DNA of 64,000 bases. Origin: Planctomycetota bacterium. GTDB taxonomy: Bacteria; Planctomycetota; GCA-002687715; CAIWVZ01. This document shows positions 29,216-38,256 of the stretch, one piece after another. The translations under genes and the position numbers were made by a program. The stretch covers positions 992,001-1,056,000 of the forward strand of contig JBGANV010000001.1 of the NCBI GenBank assembly GCA_044222185.1, in the 5' to 3' direction. Within the stretch, counting starts at the first letter, position 1; every line of letters begins with the position of its first letter. The notes beneath the pieces are model-generated. The model searched no databases, was not told the DNA's origin, and worked only from the letters and a program-made list of their open reading frames with translations.

Positions 29216-30598
29216 CTACCCCGCGCGATCGAACCGCGAGACACACTCCACGTGCGCCGTGCGGGGAAACTGGTCGACTGGCTGAACGGACGTCAGCCGG
29301 AACCCGGATTCCTTGAGCGCCTGCGCATCGCGACCGAGCGCCACCGGGTCACAGGAAATGAGGACGACGGAACGAGCTCGTGATCGTCCGATGGCACGCG
29401 GGACGAGCGATCCCAGACCCTTGCGCGGCGGGTCGGCGAGGACGACCTCGGGTGTGGCCTCTGCGAGGACCGCGTCGACCATGGCCTCCACGTCGCCCGT
29501 GCGGACGTCCACGTTCGAGCGCCCCGCGCGTGCGGCGTTCGACCGCGCACATTCGGCCGCGTCGACGGACGACTCGATGGCAACCACCTTCGTGAACCGT
29601 TCCGAGAGCGGAAGCGCGAGCGTTCCCACGCCGGTGAACAACTCGACGATGGAGGCGCCGCGTCCGGCCCAGTCGAGTGCGCGTCCGAACATCACTTCCG
29701 CCGCCGCGGGGTTGATCTGGAAGAAGCTCTTCGGCCCGATGGAGTAGCGATAACCGAGGATCGCCTCCTCCAACGTCGGCTCGCCGGCGACGAGGCGCGC
29801 GTCGCCGTCCAGAAGGTTGTTCCCGCTCGTCGTACTCTCGGCGGCCCATGCGGAGACCACGCCCGCACCCGCCTGATACAGCGCGGCCGCGACGTCCACT
29901 GCGTCACGCGCACCCGGTGTCGACGACGTGACCGTGAGCAGGATGCCGCCTGTCGCGCGCGAAAGCCGGGCGGTCACGTGACGCAATCCGCGACGGGACT
30001 CTTTCTCGCCCTCCGAGTGGACGTCGGCGCCGAACTGGCTGGCAGCAGCCCGCACCATGGCGAGCGCGCGTTGGATCTGTGGCGCAAGGACGGGACAGCC
30101 CTCGTTGTCCGTCACGTGGTGCGTGCCTTGAACGAACGACCCGAGGACGATCCGGTTCTCGTGGCGCGCAAACATCTGCTTCGCGAAGTGCCGATAGCCG
30201 AACGGCGACGTCGGAACGATGACCGCGGAGACAGAATCGGAGTCGCCGCTCCCGGAGACGCCGAGCGCGGACCTCACCCGGGTTTCCTTGAAGCGCGCCT
30301 CCGCCGCCGCTGAAAGGGAAACGAAGGGGCAACCGGTGCAATGGAACTCGTGCGCGCACGGATGCGAAACCCGGTCCGCCGACGCCTGGCGCACGCTCAA
30401 CACTCGCCCCTGCAACGCACCCTTGGTCGACACGTCGACGCGGTATTCCACCACCTCGCCCGGGTAGGCCTGAGGGATGACGACCGCGCGCGCCCCCTCG
30501 GTCGCTCGGCCGCGTCCGTCGGCTTGCAGGTCGAGGATCCGCGCCGTCGGACGGTGGACGTCCGGTGAGGATGAGCCGGGGCGTTGCTGAGTCCGCAT
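29216..30598 (-). CDS. rlmD: 23S rRNA (uracil-5)-methyltransferase, RlmD/TrmA family
   Basis: TRAM-like N-terminus, CAHEFHCTGC Fe-S motif, SFFQIN, DPPRKGL, ISCDP, DQFPRTAHVE. Confidence 0.88.
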   Translation of the reverse strand: MRTQQRPGSSSPDVHRPTARILDLQADGRGRATEGARAVVIPQAYPGEVVEYRVDVSTKGALQGRVLSVRQASADRVSHPCAHEFHCTGCPFVSLSAAAEARFKETRVRSALGVSGSGDSDSVSAVIVPTSPFGYRHFAKQMFARHENRIVLGSFVQGTHHVTDNEGCPVLAPQIQRALAMVRAAASQFGADVHSEGEKESRRGLRHVTARLSRATGGILLTVTSSTPGARDAVDVAAALYQAGAGVVSAWAAESTTSGNNLLDGDARLVAGEPTLEEAILGYRYSIGPKSFFQINPAAAEVMFGRALDWAGRGASIVELFTGVGTLALPLSERFTKVVAIESSVDAAECARSNAARAGRSNVDVRTGDVEAMVDAVLAEATPEVVLADPPRKGLGSLVPRAIGRSRARSVVLISCDPVALGRDAQALKESGFRLTSVQPVDQFPRTAHVECVSRFDRAG

Positions 30599-30680
30599 GG
30601 CGAGAATCTACCCACTCCGCGCCCAAGAACCGTCCACAGACCACCTGACAGCCCTCGTTGCGTCGGGTACACTCGCGCCC

Positions 30681-30977
30681 ATGCTGCTCTTCGTGACGGT
30701 CATCCTCGTCTCCCTCGCACCAGCCTGCGACATCTCTCTCGAGAACCCGGGCGGATCCAAAGCCGGGGCCGCGTACAGCTTCACCGTCACGTCATCCGCC
30801 GTGCCCGTCACGATCACCGTCAACGTGGGACCGGATCAGCTCCAGAAGATCACCGTCAACGAGAAGCAACAGTCGGTGAGCATCACGATCCCGAACGACG
30901 CGCGCGGGAAGACTCTCGAGATCATCGCAGAGAACAACGACGGGTGCCTCGTGTCGTGGTCCGAAACGATCCAGTGA
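30681..30977 (+). CDS. Small exported beta-rich (Ig-like) protein, possible lipoprotein
   Basis: Hydrophobic N-terminus with LAPAC, alternating beta-strand pattern, TACACT 7 nt upstream of the ATG. Confidence 0.6.
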   Translation: MLLFVTVILVSLAPACDISLENPGGSKAGAAYSFTVTSSAVPVTITVNVGPDQLQKITVNEKQQSVSITIPNDARGKTLEIIAENNDGCLVSWSETIQ

Positions 30978-30978
30978 C

Positions 30979-32196
30979 GTGACCCGCACGGCCCTGACCC
31001 GCACGGCCCTGGCCTGCGCCATCTGCGTGCTGGCACTCTCGGCTCAGGACACGGCGCCGACGTCCCGGGGTGAACCATCGGCCTCCGCCATCGCGGATGC
31101 GCTCCTCTCCAACTCGCCGACGGTTCGGAAGTCCGGCCTCGCGAAGGCCCGCGCACGACTGGCGGAGATCACCCCGCCGCTCGTGACCCGCCTGAACGAC
31201 CCGTCGATCGACTCCGTCACGTTCGATTCCATCCGGAACCTGGGCGAGCTGCGGTCACCAAAGATCGCGGCGGCGCTCGCGGGGCTCGCTCTGCGCCCGA
31301 GCTTCCCATGGAAGCCGCAAGCCGTCGAAGCGCTCGCCGACCAGGAGTACGCGCCGGCCGCGACCGTGCTCGCCGGCGCACTCACGAGCCCCGTGGCCCG
31401 CGCTCGCGCCGCCGGTGCACGGGGGCTCGGCACCCTTCGTTCGATGAGCCATGCCGCGAGCCTTCGTCCGTTGCTCGACGACGAGGAGGGACCCGTGCGC
31501 ATCGAGGCGGCCCGCGCCCTCCACGCCATGGGCGACGAGACCGGCTTGTCGGTCGCGGTGCGCGACCTGACGCTCGATCGAAAGTTCGCAGACGCCGATC
31601 ACGGACTGACCGTCAGGGAAGCCGCGCGGAAGTTTCTCGGCGAGGTTCTCGGCGACCCCGCGGCCGCGGCCGACTCCCGCCCGGACTCCTGGGAGCCAGG
31701 CGCCGTGCTCGCTCGCCTGCGCGCCAAGTACCCTGGCGCCCCGATCCCCCAGTCCATCACGCCCCACGCTGCCGATCCGGGCGCCGGGTGCACTCACGCC
31801 GTGGAGGTTCGTTCGTGCATCGACGGAGATCTCCACCTGCGGATCCGTCGTGACGGCCTCGTGGCAGTCGGCCGCGACCTGGTGCGTACCTATTCCATCG
31901 ATCCCAAGCTCGCCGGCTCGGCCATCGATGCGCTGGCTACGCTCGAGCCCTCCGGCCGCGCGCGTCGTCGCATCCTCGGGCCCGTCACCTGTGACTTCGA
32001 ACGGTTCGGCGCGGGCTCGGGGCCCACGGCCTGGTCCGTCGTCGTCGGGACGGGGAAACGAACGGCGGAATTCGACGCCGTCGAGTCCGCCGTGCTTCAG
32101 ATCCTCGAGGTCACGCAGGGAGCCGAAGCGGTCGCGCGTCAGCGACGCCGCATCACTCCGTTCGCCGCGCCCCAGGCCGAATCACGATCGCGCTGA
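30979..32196 (+). CDS. Exported HEAT-repeat protein
   Basis: Signal peptide and HEAT/PBS-like repeats (ARAAGARGLG, VRIEAARAL). Confidence 0.72.
   Translation: MTRTALTRTALACAICVLALSAQDTAPTSRGEPSASAIADALLSNSPTVRKSGLAKARARLAEITPPLVTRLNDPSIDSVTFDSIRNLGELRSPKIAAALAGLALRPSFPWKPQAVEALADQEYAPAATVLAGALTSPVARARAAGARGLGTLRSMSHAASLRPLLDDEEGPVRIEAARALHAMGDETGLSVAVRDLTLDRKFADADHGLTVREAARKFLGEVLGDPAAAADSRPDSWEPGAVLARLRAKYPGAPIPQSITPHAADPGAGCTHAVEVRSCIDGDLHLRIRRDGLVAVGRDLVRTYSIDPKLAGSAIDALATLEPSGRARRRILGPVTCDFERFGAGSGPTAWSVVVGTGKRTAEFDAVESAVLQILEVTQGAEAVARQRRRITPFAAPQAESRSR
30980..31011 (+). repeat. 15-bp tandem duplication TGACCCGCACGGCCC x2
   Basis: Direct tandem repeat encoding TRTAL-TRTAL in the signal peptide n-region. 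Confidence 0.8.
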
Positions 32197-32201
32197 CCGG
32201 G

Positions 32202-33998
32202 TCAGGGGCCGATCGTGAGGTGCGACGCCGTCGCCTGCGACCGGACCTGGAGCGGTGACGTGCTCGGAATCGTCGCCAGGGCGAAGTCGATTCCAAAGCC
32301 GATGAGCAGGGGATCGCTCGGTATCGCGAGCGTTGCGGTAGCGGCGCCGGTGCCGCTCAGCAGCCCCGCGAACTGCGAGAACGGCGGGAGGTTCCCCAGC
32401 GCGATCGACGTGACGAAATCGGCGTTGATCGGGATCGTGCAGCCGCCGACCACCGTCCCTGGCGCCGTGCCCGAGATGCCCGTCGCGATCGCGTAGCCGT
32501 GCGCGGCGTCGATCGGCGCCAGCGCCGTCAGCGTGGCGGTCGATCCGATGGACACGGTGGCTGGGACGGTCAGCGTGAGGAGGGGTGTCATGTTCACGTC
32601 CAGGGTCGTCGTGCCGGTGCCGATCGCCACGGTCTGCACGGATGGGACGTACCCAGGTGCGGTGAACGTGATCGTGTATGTCCCCCCGGGCAGGAAGTCC
32701 TGGTAGCGCCCGAATCGGGCTTCCGAGTTTCGAAGTTCACCCTGGGTGAACGTCAGCCCCGCGACAGTCCAGCTCGCCACGATCGGGGTTCCGGTGCACG
32801 CATCGCGGATGTGGCCCTGCAGGGGCGTGGCGTGGTTCATGATCCAAGTCACGCCGCCAAAGGTGTTCGTCTTCTCGGTCGTCACTTCGGTGTAGGCCGG
32901 CTGGAACGCGGTTCCGAGTTCGATCAGGAACGCGAACGCGCCGAAGTGATTCAGTTCCCACTGGTAGTGCTCACCCTCGGCCGACGGTTTGCGCGTGCTC
33001 GTGTAGTTGCAGGCCGCCGAAAGCGCTGCGGCCTGCCCCGCGTACCAGGATTCGAGCGGGGCCGGGAATGAGGAGCAAAGGTACGTGTAGAGCACCTCGC
33101 GTCCGTAGCTGTGGAAGTCGATCAGCTTCGCGAAATGGCGGTCCGTCGCGAAGTTGGTCATGACCTGGGATTCGATTTCCGACACGGCGCTCGGACCGCG
33201 ATAGGTCTCGTTCGAGAGGGAGGTCGACCCGGGGCAGCCGCCGTTCCACCCGAGCGCGTAATTGCGGTTCAGATCCACACCGATCCCGTTGCCGAAGTTG
33301 CGTCGGTTCTTGCGCCACATGTTGTTGGACGACCACACGTAGGCGTGGCCGTCCGGGTTCCACACGGGGACCATCCAGATCTCGTGGTTGTCGACCCACC
33401 CGGTGATCTGGGGGTTGGTGCCGTAGCCCGTGAGGATCCGGTTGATGTGGTCCATCACGACTTCACACGTGTTCAACTCGCGCGCATGGTGGCACGCGAC
33501 GAACAACACGTTCGGCTCGTCCTCGTTCACCGTGGGGTTGTCCGAGATCTTCAGGCCGAGAATCGGTCGACCCTCGAACGTGCCGCCCGTGAACCCGTAC
33601 TCCGCCGTCAGGTTGTGGAGCGTGCAGATCGACGGGTACGCCGCCGCGGCATTCTGGAGGAAGGCCGTGATCTGCGCCGGCGTCGCGTAGCCCGTCGGGA
33701 TGTCACCGGGATCGGCGAGACCGGCAGCGAGTGAGCTGAACGGCGCCGACGTGGCGATGAGCTCGGGCCAGAGTCCCAGTCCCGCGAGCTGTCCGGTCAC
33801 CGCGGCCCCGCCGATGACGTCCACGGTCTGCCCGGATCGATCATGTCCCGCGACGTCGAATCCGAGCGATTCGAGTTGGATCAACGCGGCCGGCACGTCC
33901 GCGACGGGCGTTCTTGCCTGGATGCTCTGGGCGACCGAGCCCGCGGCGCAGGTGAAGAGGATGGCGACGACGACGGACGGATGGCGTGGTGACTTCAC
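32202..33998 (-). CDS. Secreted M14 zinc carboxypeptidase (carboxypeptidase T-like) with extra C-terminal domains
   Basis: HHARE, NPDG, WRKNRR, GVDLNRN, DFHSYG, IELG, followed by a transthyretin-like regulatory domain and a further C-terminal domain. Confidence 0.9.
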   Translation of the reverse strand: MKSPRHPSVVVAILFTCAAGSVAQSIQARTPVADVPAALIQLESLGFDVAGHDRSGQTVDVIGGAAVTGQLAGLGLWPELIATSAPFSSLAAGLADPGDIPTGYATPAQITAFLQNAAAAYPSICTLHNLTAEYGFTGGTFEGRPILGLKISDNPTVNEDEPNVLFVACHHARELNTCEVVMDHINRILTGYGTNPQITGWVDNHEIWMVPVWNPDGHAYVWSSNNMWRKNRRNFGNGIGVDLNRNYALGWNGGCPGSTSLSNETYRGPSAVSEIESQVMTNFATDRHFAKLIDFHSYGREVLYTYLCSSFPAPLESWYAGQAAALSAACNYTSTRKPSAEGEHYQWELNHFGAFAFLIELGTAFQPAYTEVTTEKTNTFGGVTWIMNHATPLQGHIRDACTGTPIVASWTVAGLTFTQGELRNSEARFGRYQDFLPGGTYTITFTAPGYVPSVQTVAIGTGTTTLDVNMTPLLTLTVPATVSIGSTATLTALAPIDAAHGYAIATGISGTAPGTVVGGCTIPINADFVTSIALGNLPPFSQFAGLLSGTGAATATLAIPSDPLLIGFGIDFALATIPSTSPLQVRSQATASHLTIGP

Positions 33999-34139
33999 GA
34001 ATGCGGCTCCTCGACAAGGGGGCATGAGTCGGAGGCGAGCCTACCCGCAAGGAGTCCTCGCGGCCATCGGAAGACGACGCTAAAAAGGGCCGCCAGCGCG
34101 CCCCGAGGGGTGCGCCCGCTGCAGGGAGCAGGAGAAGCC

Positions 34140-35249
34140 ATGTCGAAGAAGACCGTCGCGCTGATGACAGGTGGTGGGGACGCCCCGGGGCTCAACGCGG
34201 TCATTCGCGCAGTGGTGAAGCGTGGAGTGACGGTCCACGGCTGGCGCGTCCTGGGAATCAAACACTCGTTCGATGGACTGTTCACCGGCCCGACCGGGGT
34301 CGTCGACCTGGGGCGTGAGCAGGTTCGCGGCATCCTCCGGTTCGGCGGCACGATCCTGGGGACGACGAACTCGGGCGATCCGTTCGCCTACCGCCGCGAC
34401 GGCGACGCGCCGAAGGACGTCAGCCGCGAGGTCGTCTCTCGGCTCGACTCGCTGGGGTGCGAAGGGATCATCGGCATCGGTGGTGACGGCACCATGGGCA
34501 TCTGTGCACAGCTGATGGTCAAGCACGGCCTGCGGGTCGTCGGCGTTCCGAAGACGATCGACAACGACATCCGTGCGACCGAGGAGTGCTTCGGATTCGA
34601 CACCGCGGTCGAATACGCGTGCGATGCCGTGGACCGGCTGCACAGCACCGCCGAGTCCCACGATCGTGTCATGGTGGTCGAGGTCATGGGCCGCCACGCC
34701 GGCTGGATCGCACTGGCAGCCGGGGTCGCAGGTGGCGCTGACGCCATCCTCATTCCAGAGATCCCGTTCCACCTCGAGCCGGTCGTGGCCAAGATCTTCC
34801 GGCGCAAGGCCGTGTCGCGCGGCTTCTCCATCGTCGTCGTCGCCGAGGGCGCCGTGCCGGCGGGTGGCCGCGCGTTCCACGAGCTCGACCCGTCAGGCGG
34901 GCAACTCAAGCTGGGAGGCGTGGGGCGATACATCGCGCAGGAAATCGCCCGACTCACGGCGATCGAGACCCGCTACACGGTGCTGGGACACCTGCTCCGC
35001 GGCGGATCCCCCACCGCGCACGATCGGCTCCTCGCGACGCGCTTCGGGAACCATGCGGTGCAGCTCGTGCACGAGGGCCGGTGGGGTCGCATGGCTGCCG
35101 TCGTCGGCGGGAAGATGACGGACGTCCCGCTCCAGGACGTGGCCGGCGGCAGCCGGTCGGTCGATCCCAACGGGGACCTGGTGCAAGCGGCACGTGGCCT
35201 GGGAATCGTCCTCGGCGACGAACTCGTCGAAGAGTACGTCCGCGAGTGA
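34140..35249 (+). CDS. pfkA: 6-phosphofructokinase (PfkA family, GGDG/PKTIDND group III type)
   Basis: TGGGDAPGLN, GGTILGT, GGDGT, PKTIDND, EVMGRHAGW, LGHLLRGG. Confidence 0.93.
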   Translation: MSKKTVALMTGGGDAPGLNAVIRAVVKRGVTVHGWRVLGIKHSFDGLFTGPTGVVDLGREQVRGILRFGGTILGTTNSGDPFAYRRDGDAPKDVSREVVSRLDSLGCEGIIGIGGDGTMGICAQLMVKHGLRVVGVPKTIDNDIRATEECFGFDTAVEYACDAVDRLHSTAESHDRVMVVEVMGRHAGWIALAAGVAGGADAILIPEIPFHLEPVVAKIFRRKAVSRGFSIVVVAEGAVPAGGRAFHELDPSGGQLKLGGVGRYIAQEIARLTAIETRYTVLGHLLRGGSPTAHDRLLATRFGNHAVQLVHEGRWGRMAAVVGGKMTDVPLQDVAGGSRSVDPNGDLVQAARGLGIVLGDELVEEYVRE

Positions 35250-35324
35250 CCCCGTACGGGCCGCAGCTTCCTGGCCGCGTCCCTGGCGGCTACCTTCTGC
35301 CCCTCACCGCGGGAGTCCCACGCC

Positions 35325-35852
35325 TTGAAGTGCGAAATCACAAAGATCAAGAAGCACGCGATCATCCAGGACCAGTGCGGTCCCGAAAAAGGACAGATCG
35401 CCGGCGTCGTCATCAAGAAGCTCACGTCGTGGCCCGACGACCGCGGGCACTTCGCCGAGATCTTCCGCGACGGTGAGGACGTGGCGAAGGACTTCGCCAT
35501 CAGGCAGTCCTCGATCACGATGACGCGGGCCAGCACGATCAAGGCGTTCCACTATCACGCCGAACAGAGCGACATCTTCGTTCCCGTCGTCGGTCACATC
35601 CGCATCGCGCTCGTCGACTTCCGCGTCGACTCCCCCACCTTCGGCGTCGCCAACTCGATCTTCTGCGGCCACCTGTATCTGAAGGCGGTCCGCATCCCCA
35701 AGGGCGTGGCCCACGGCTACGAAGTCCTCGGAAGCGAGGACATGACGATGGTCTACTACACCGACCAGCACTACAACCCGAAGGACGAGTTCCGGGCCCG
35801 CTACGACGACCCGGCAATCGGCTGGACCTGGTGGGGAATCGACCACCGCTGA
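35325..35852 (+). CDS. dTDP-4-dehydrorhamnose 3,5-epimerase (RmlC)-like cupin
   Basis: [43 protein letters not shown] start after GGGAG. Confidence 0.85.
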   Translation: MKCEITKIKKHAIIQDQCGPEKGQIAGVVIKKLTSWPDDRGHFAEIFRDGEDVAKDFAIRQSSITMTRASTIKAFHYHAEQSDIFVPVVGHIRIALVDFRVDSPTFGVANSIFCGHLYLKAVRIPKGVAHGYEVLGSEDMTMVYYTDQHYNPKDEFRARYDDPAIGWTWWGIDHR

Positions 35853-35943
35853 GCCGCTCCCCCCGTGGCCAGCGGAAAGTCCGCGGCCGCGGGCCCCTTT
35901 CCGTTCATTGCCGCCGCAAATACGGCCGATATCATCGCCAGTC

Positions 35944-37272
35944 ATGAACCCTCCAGTCGCAAATGCCACGTTCACGGACTTCAAGGTCGCCGACATCGGC
36001 CTGGCGGATGCCGGGCGCAAGGAGATCCAGCTCTCCGAGCCTGAAATGCCAGGCCTGATGGCACTTCGGGCCAAGTACGGCCAGAAGAAGCCGCTGAAGG
36101 GCGCGCGCATCGCGGGCTGCCTTCACATGACGATCGAGACCGCCATCCTCATCGAGACGCTCACCGAGCTGGGCGCCGAGGTGCGGTGGTCTTCGTGCAA
36201 CATCTTCTCCACGGAGGACCACGCGGCCGCAGCCGTCGCGGCGCGCGGAACCCCCGTCTTCGCCTGGAAGAACGAGACCCTCGAGCAGTACGACTGGTGC
36301 ATCGAGGAGACTCTCCGATTCTCCGGCGGCAAGGGCCCGAACCTCATCCTGGACGACGGCGGTGACCTCACCTGGCTCGTCCACGACAAATTCCCGCACC
36401 TGCTGAAGGACATCGTCGGGCTCTCCGAGGAGACGACGACGGGCGTGCACCGCCTCTACCAGGCGCACCAGACCGGCAAGCTCAAGGTGCCGGCGATCAA
36501 CGTCAACGATTCCGTCACGAAGTCGAAGTTCGACAACCTCTACGGCTGCCGCGAGTCTTTGGCGGACGGTCTGAAGCGCGCCACGGGCGTCATGGTCGCA
36601 GGCAAGGTCGTCGTCGTCGCGGGTTATGGCGACGTCGGCAAGGGCTGCTGCCAGTCGATGCGCGGATTCGGCGCGCGCGTCCTCGTCACTGAGATCGACC
36701 CCATCTGCGCGCTCCAAGCCGCCATGGAAGGGTTCGAGGTCGTGACGATGGAAGAGGCCGCCAAGATCGGCGACATCTTCGTCTCCTCCACCGGCTGCTG
36801 CGACGTCATCCGTGGCGAGCACATGCTGGCGATGAAGGACAACGCCATCGTCTGCAACATCGGACACTTCGACATCGAGATCGACGTCAAGTGGCTCGAG
36901 ACGACGAAGGGCGTGCGCGAGGAAAACATCAAGCCGCAGGTCGATCGGTTCTTCCTGCCGAACGGACGCTCGATCGTCCTCCTCGCGCGCGGCCGTCTGA
37001 TGAACCTCGGATGCGCCACGGGCCACCCGTCGTTCGTCATGAGCACGTCGTTCACGAACCAGGTCCTCGCGCAGCTGGCCCTCTGGGAGCGCCGCTCCAG
37101 CGATCCGTTTGCGCTCGGCGTGCACACGCTGCCGAAGCACCTGGACGAGGAGGTCGCGCGCCTCCACATCGGCAAGCTCGGCGTGAAGCTCACGACCCTG
37201 ACCGACAATCAGGCGAAGTACCTGGGCATCGCCAAGGACGGGCCGTACAAGCCCTCGGCGTACCGGTACTGA
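35944..37272 (+). CDS. ahcY: Adenosylhomocysteinase
   Basis: [62 protein letters not shown], and the C-terminal YRY. Confidence 0.97.
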   Translation: MNPPVANATFTDFKVADIGLADAGRKEIQLSEPEMPGLMALRAKYGQKKPLKGARIAGCLHMTIETAILIETLTELGAEVRWSSCNIFSTEDHAAAAVAARGTPVFAWKNETLEQYDWCIEETLRFSGGKGPNLILDDGGDLTWLVHDKFPHLLKDIVGLSEETTTGVHRLYQAHQTGKLKVPAINVNDSVTKSKFDNLYGCRESLADGLKRATGVMVAGKVVVVAGYGDVGKGCCQSMRGFGARVLVTEIDPICALQAAMEGFEVVTMEEAAKIGDIFVSSTGCCDVIRGEHMLAMKDNAIVCNIGHFDIEIDVKWLETTKGVREENIKPQVDRFFLPNGRSIVLLARGRLMNLGCATGHPSFVMSTSFTNQVLAQLALWERRSSDPFALGVHTLPKHLDEEVARLHIGKLGVKLTTLTDNQAKYLGIAKDGPYKPSAYRY

Positions 37273-37285
37273 TCGCCCGGCTTCC

Positions 37286-38140
37286 TCAGCACCCGTGCAG
37301 TTCGAGCGGGTGCTCCCGAACCAGGATCTCCGCAGCGCGCCGAACCTCGTCATCGACGGCGCCATGGGGCGGTCGCACGACGGTCGAGCACCATCCCGCC
37401 ACCGCCAGCGCCGCCTTCAGCCCCCGCACGCCGAAGCGCGACGCGAATGCGATCCCCGCCTCCCATGCAGGCACGGATTCAGCGAAGTCGGTCGCATGCA
37501 GGAGCGAGGCCGTCCGCGGATAGAGATTCGCGAGCCCGACGACCGCTCCACCCACGCTGCTGCCGAGCCGCTCCAAGAGCTTTGGGCTGCCGACCAGTAC
37601 GGATGGCCCCAGCGCGCGCGCCTGTCCTTCGTCGCCCGAGCTGTCCTTGACGCCGACGACGTTTGCGAGCGAGAGCAGCCTTTGGATTCGATCGAGTCCG
37701 AGCGATGGCTGTCCGATCGTCGGATTCTCGTAGAGGTACACGGGAAGCCGGGAGCTTGGCGCTGCGCTGCGGAGGAACGCCTCGGCATCCTCCGGAGTGG
37801 AACCGATCACCGGTCCCAGCAGCAGGCTGTCCGCGCCTGCGTCCTTCGCGCGCGCCGTGACCTCCGCAACGTCCGCCGCCGTCGCCACGCGGAACCCGAC
37901 GATCAGGCCGCGCTCGTCGGTCCCCAACCCTTCCCGCGTCGCCCGCACCAGTTGAACGGTCTCGTCGAGCGAGAGACTCATCGCTTCGCCCGTCGTTCCG
38001 CCGATGAGGAATCCAAGCCCGCTGGCATGCGCGTGTGCGCGAACCAGTGACTTCAGCGCCGCCAAGTCGACTGCGCCCTGCGACGTGAAGGGCGTGACGA
38101 GGGCGACGTAGACCGACGGGTGCGGAAGGTGTGACGGCAT
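37286..38140 (-). CDS. Dihydrodipicolinate synthase (DapA/NAL) family aldolase, substrate uncertain
   Basis: ALVTPF, GTTGE, LYENP, and the Schiff-base Lys in GVKDSSG. Confidence 0.8.
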   Translation of the reverse strand: MPSHLPHPSVYVALVTPFTSQGAVDLAALKSLVRAHAHASGLGFLIGGTTGEAMSLSLDETVQLVRATREGLGTDERGLIVGFRVATAADVAEVTARAKDAGADSLLLGPVIGSTPEDAEAFLRSAAPSSRLPVYLYENPTIGQPSLGLDRIQRLLSLANVVGVKDSSGDEGQARALGPSVLVGSPKLLERLGSSVGGAVVGLANLYPRTASLLHATDFAESVPAWEAGIAFASRFGVRGLKAALAVAGWCSTVVRPPHGAVDDEVRRAAEILVREHPLELHGC

Positions 38141-38256
38141 GGTCGTGGGCTCCATCTTGCGAGGTCGTGTCCACGAGCCCGCCTCGCGGCGTATCCTACC
38201 GCGCGCCGTCCACGGCCATCCCCATGCGGTGCCCTCGCGCCGCCGGCGCAACGCCG

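Noticed and set aside
34095-34114. Hairpin in the pfkA leader as a riboswitch or terminator
   Set aside because: It is a short GC stem without a U-tract or a recognisable aptamer, which is common by chance at this GC content.
35853-35943. SAH riboswitch upstream of ahcY
   Set aside because: No GAGGAGCG...AGGCTC core is visible, and a -10-like hexamer sits 8 nt from the ATG, leaving no room for a leader.
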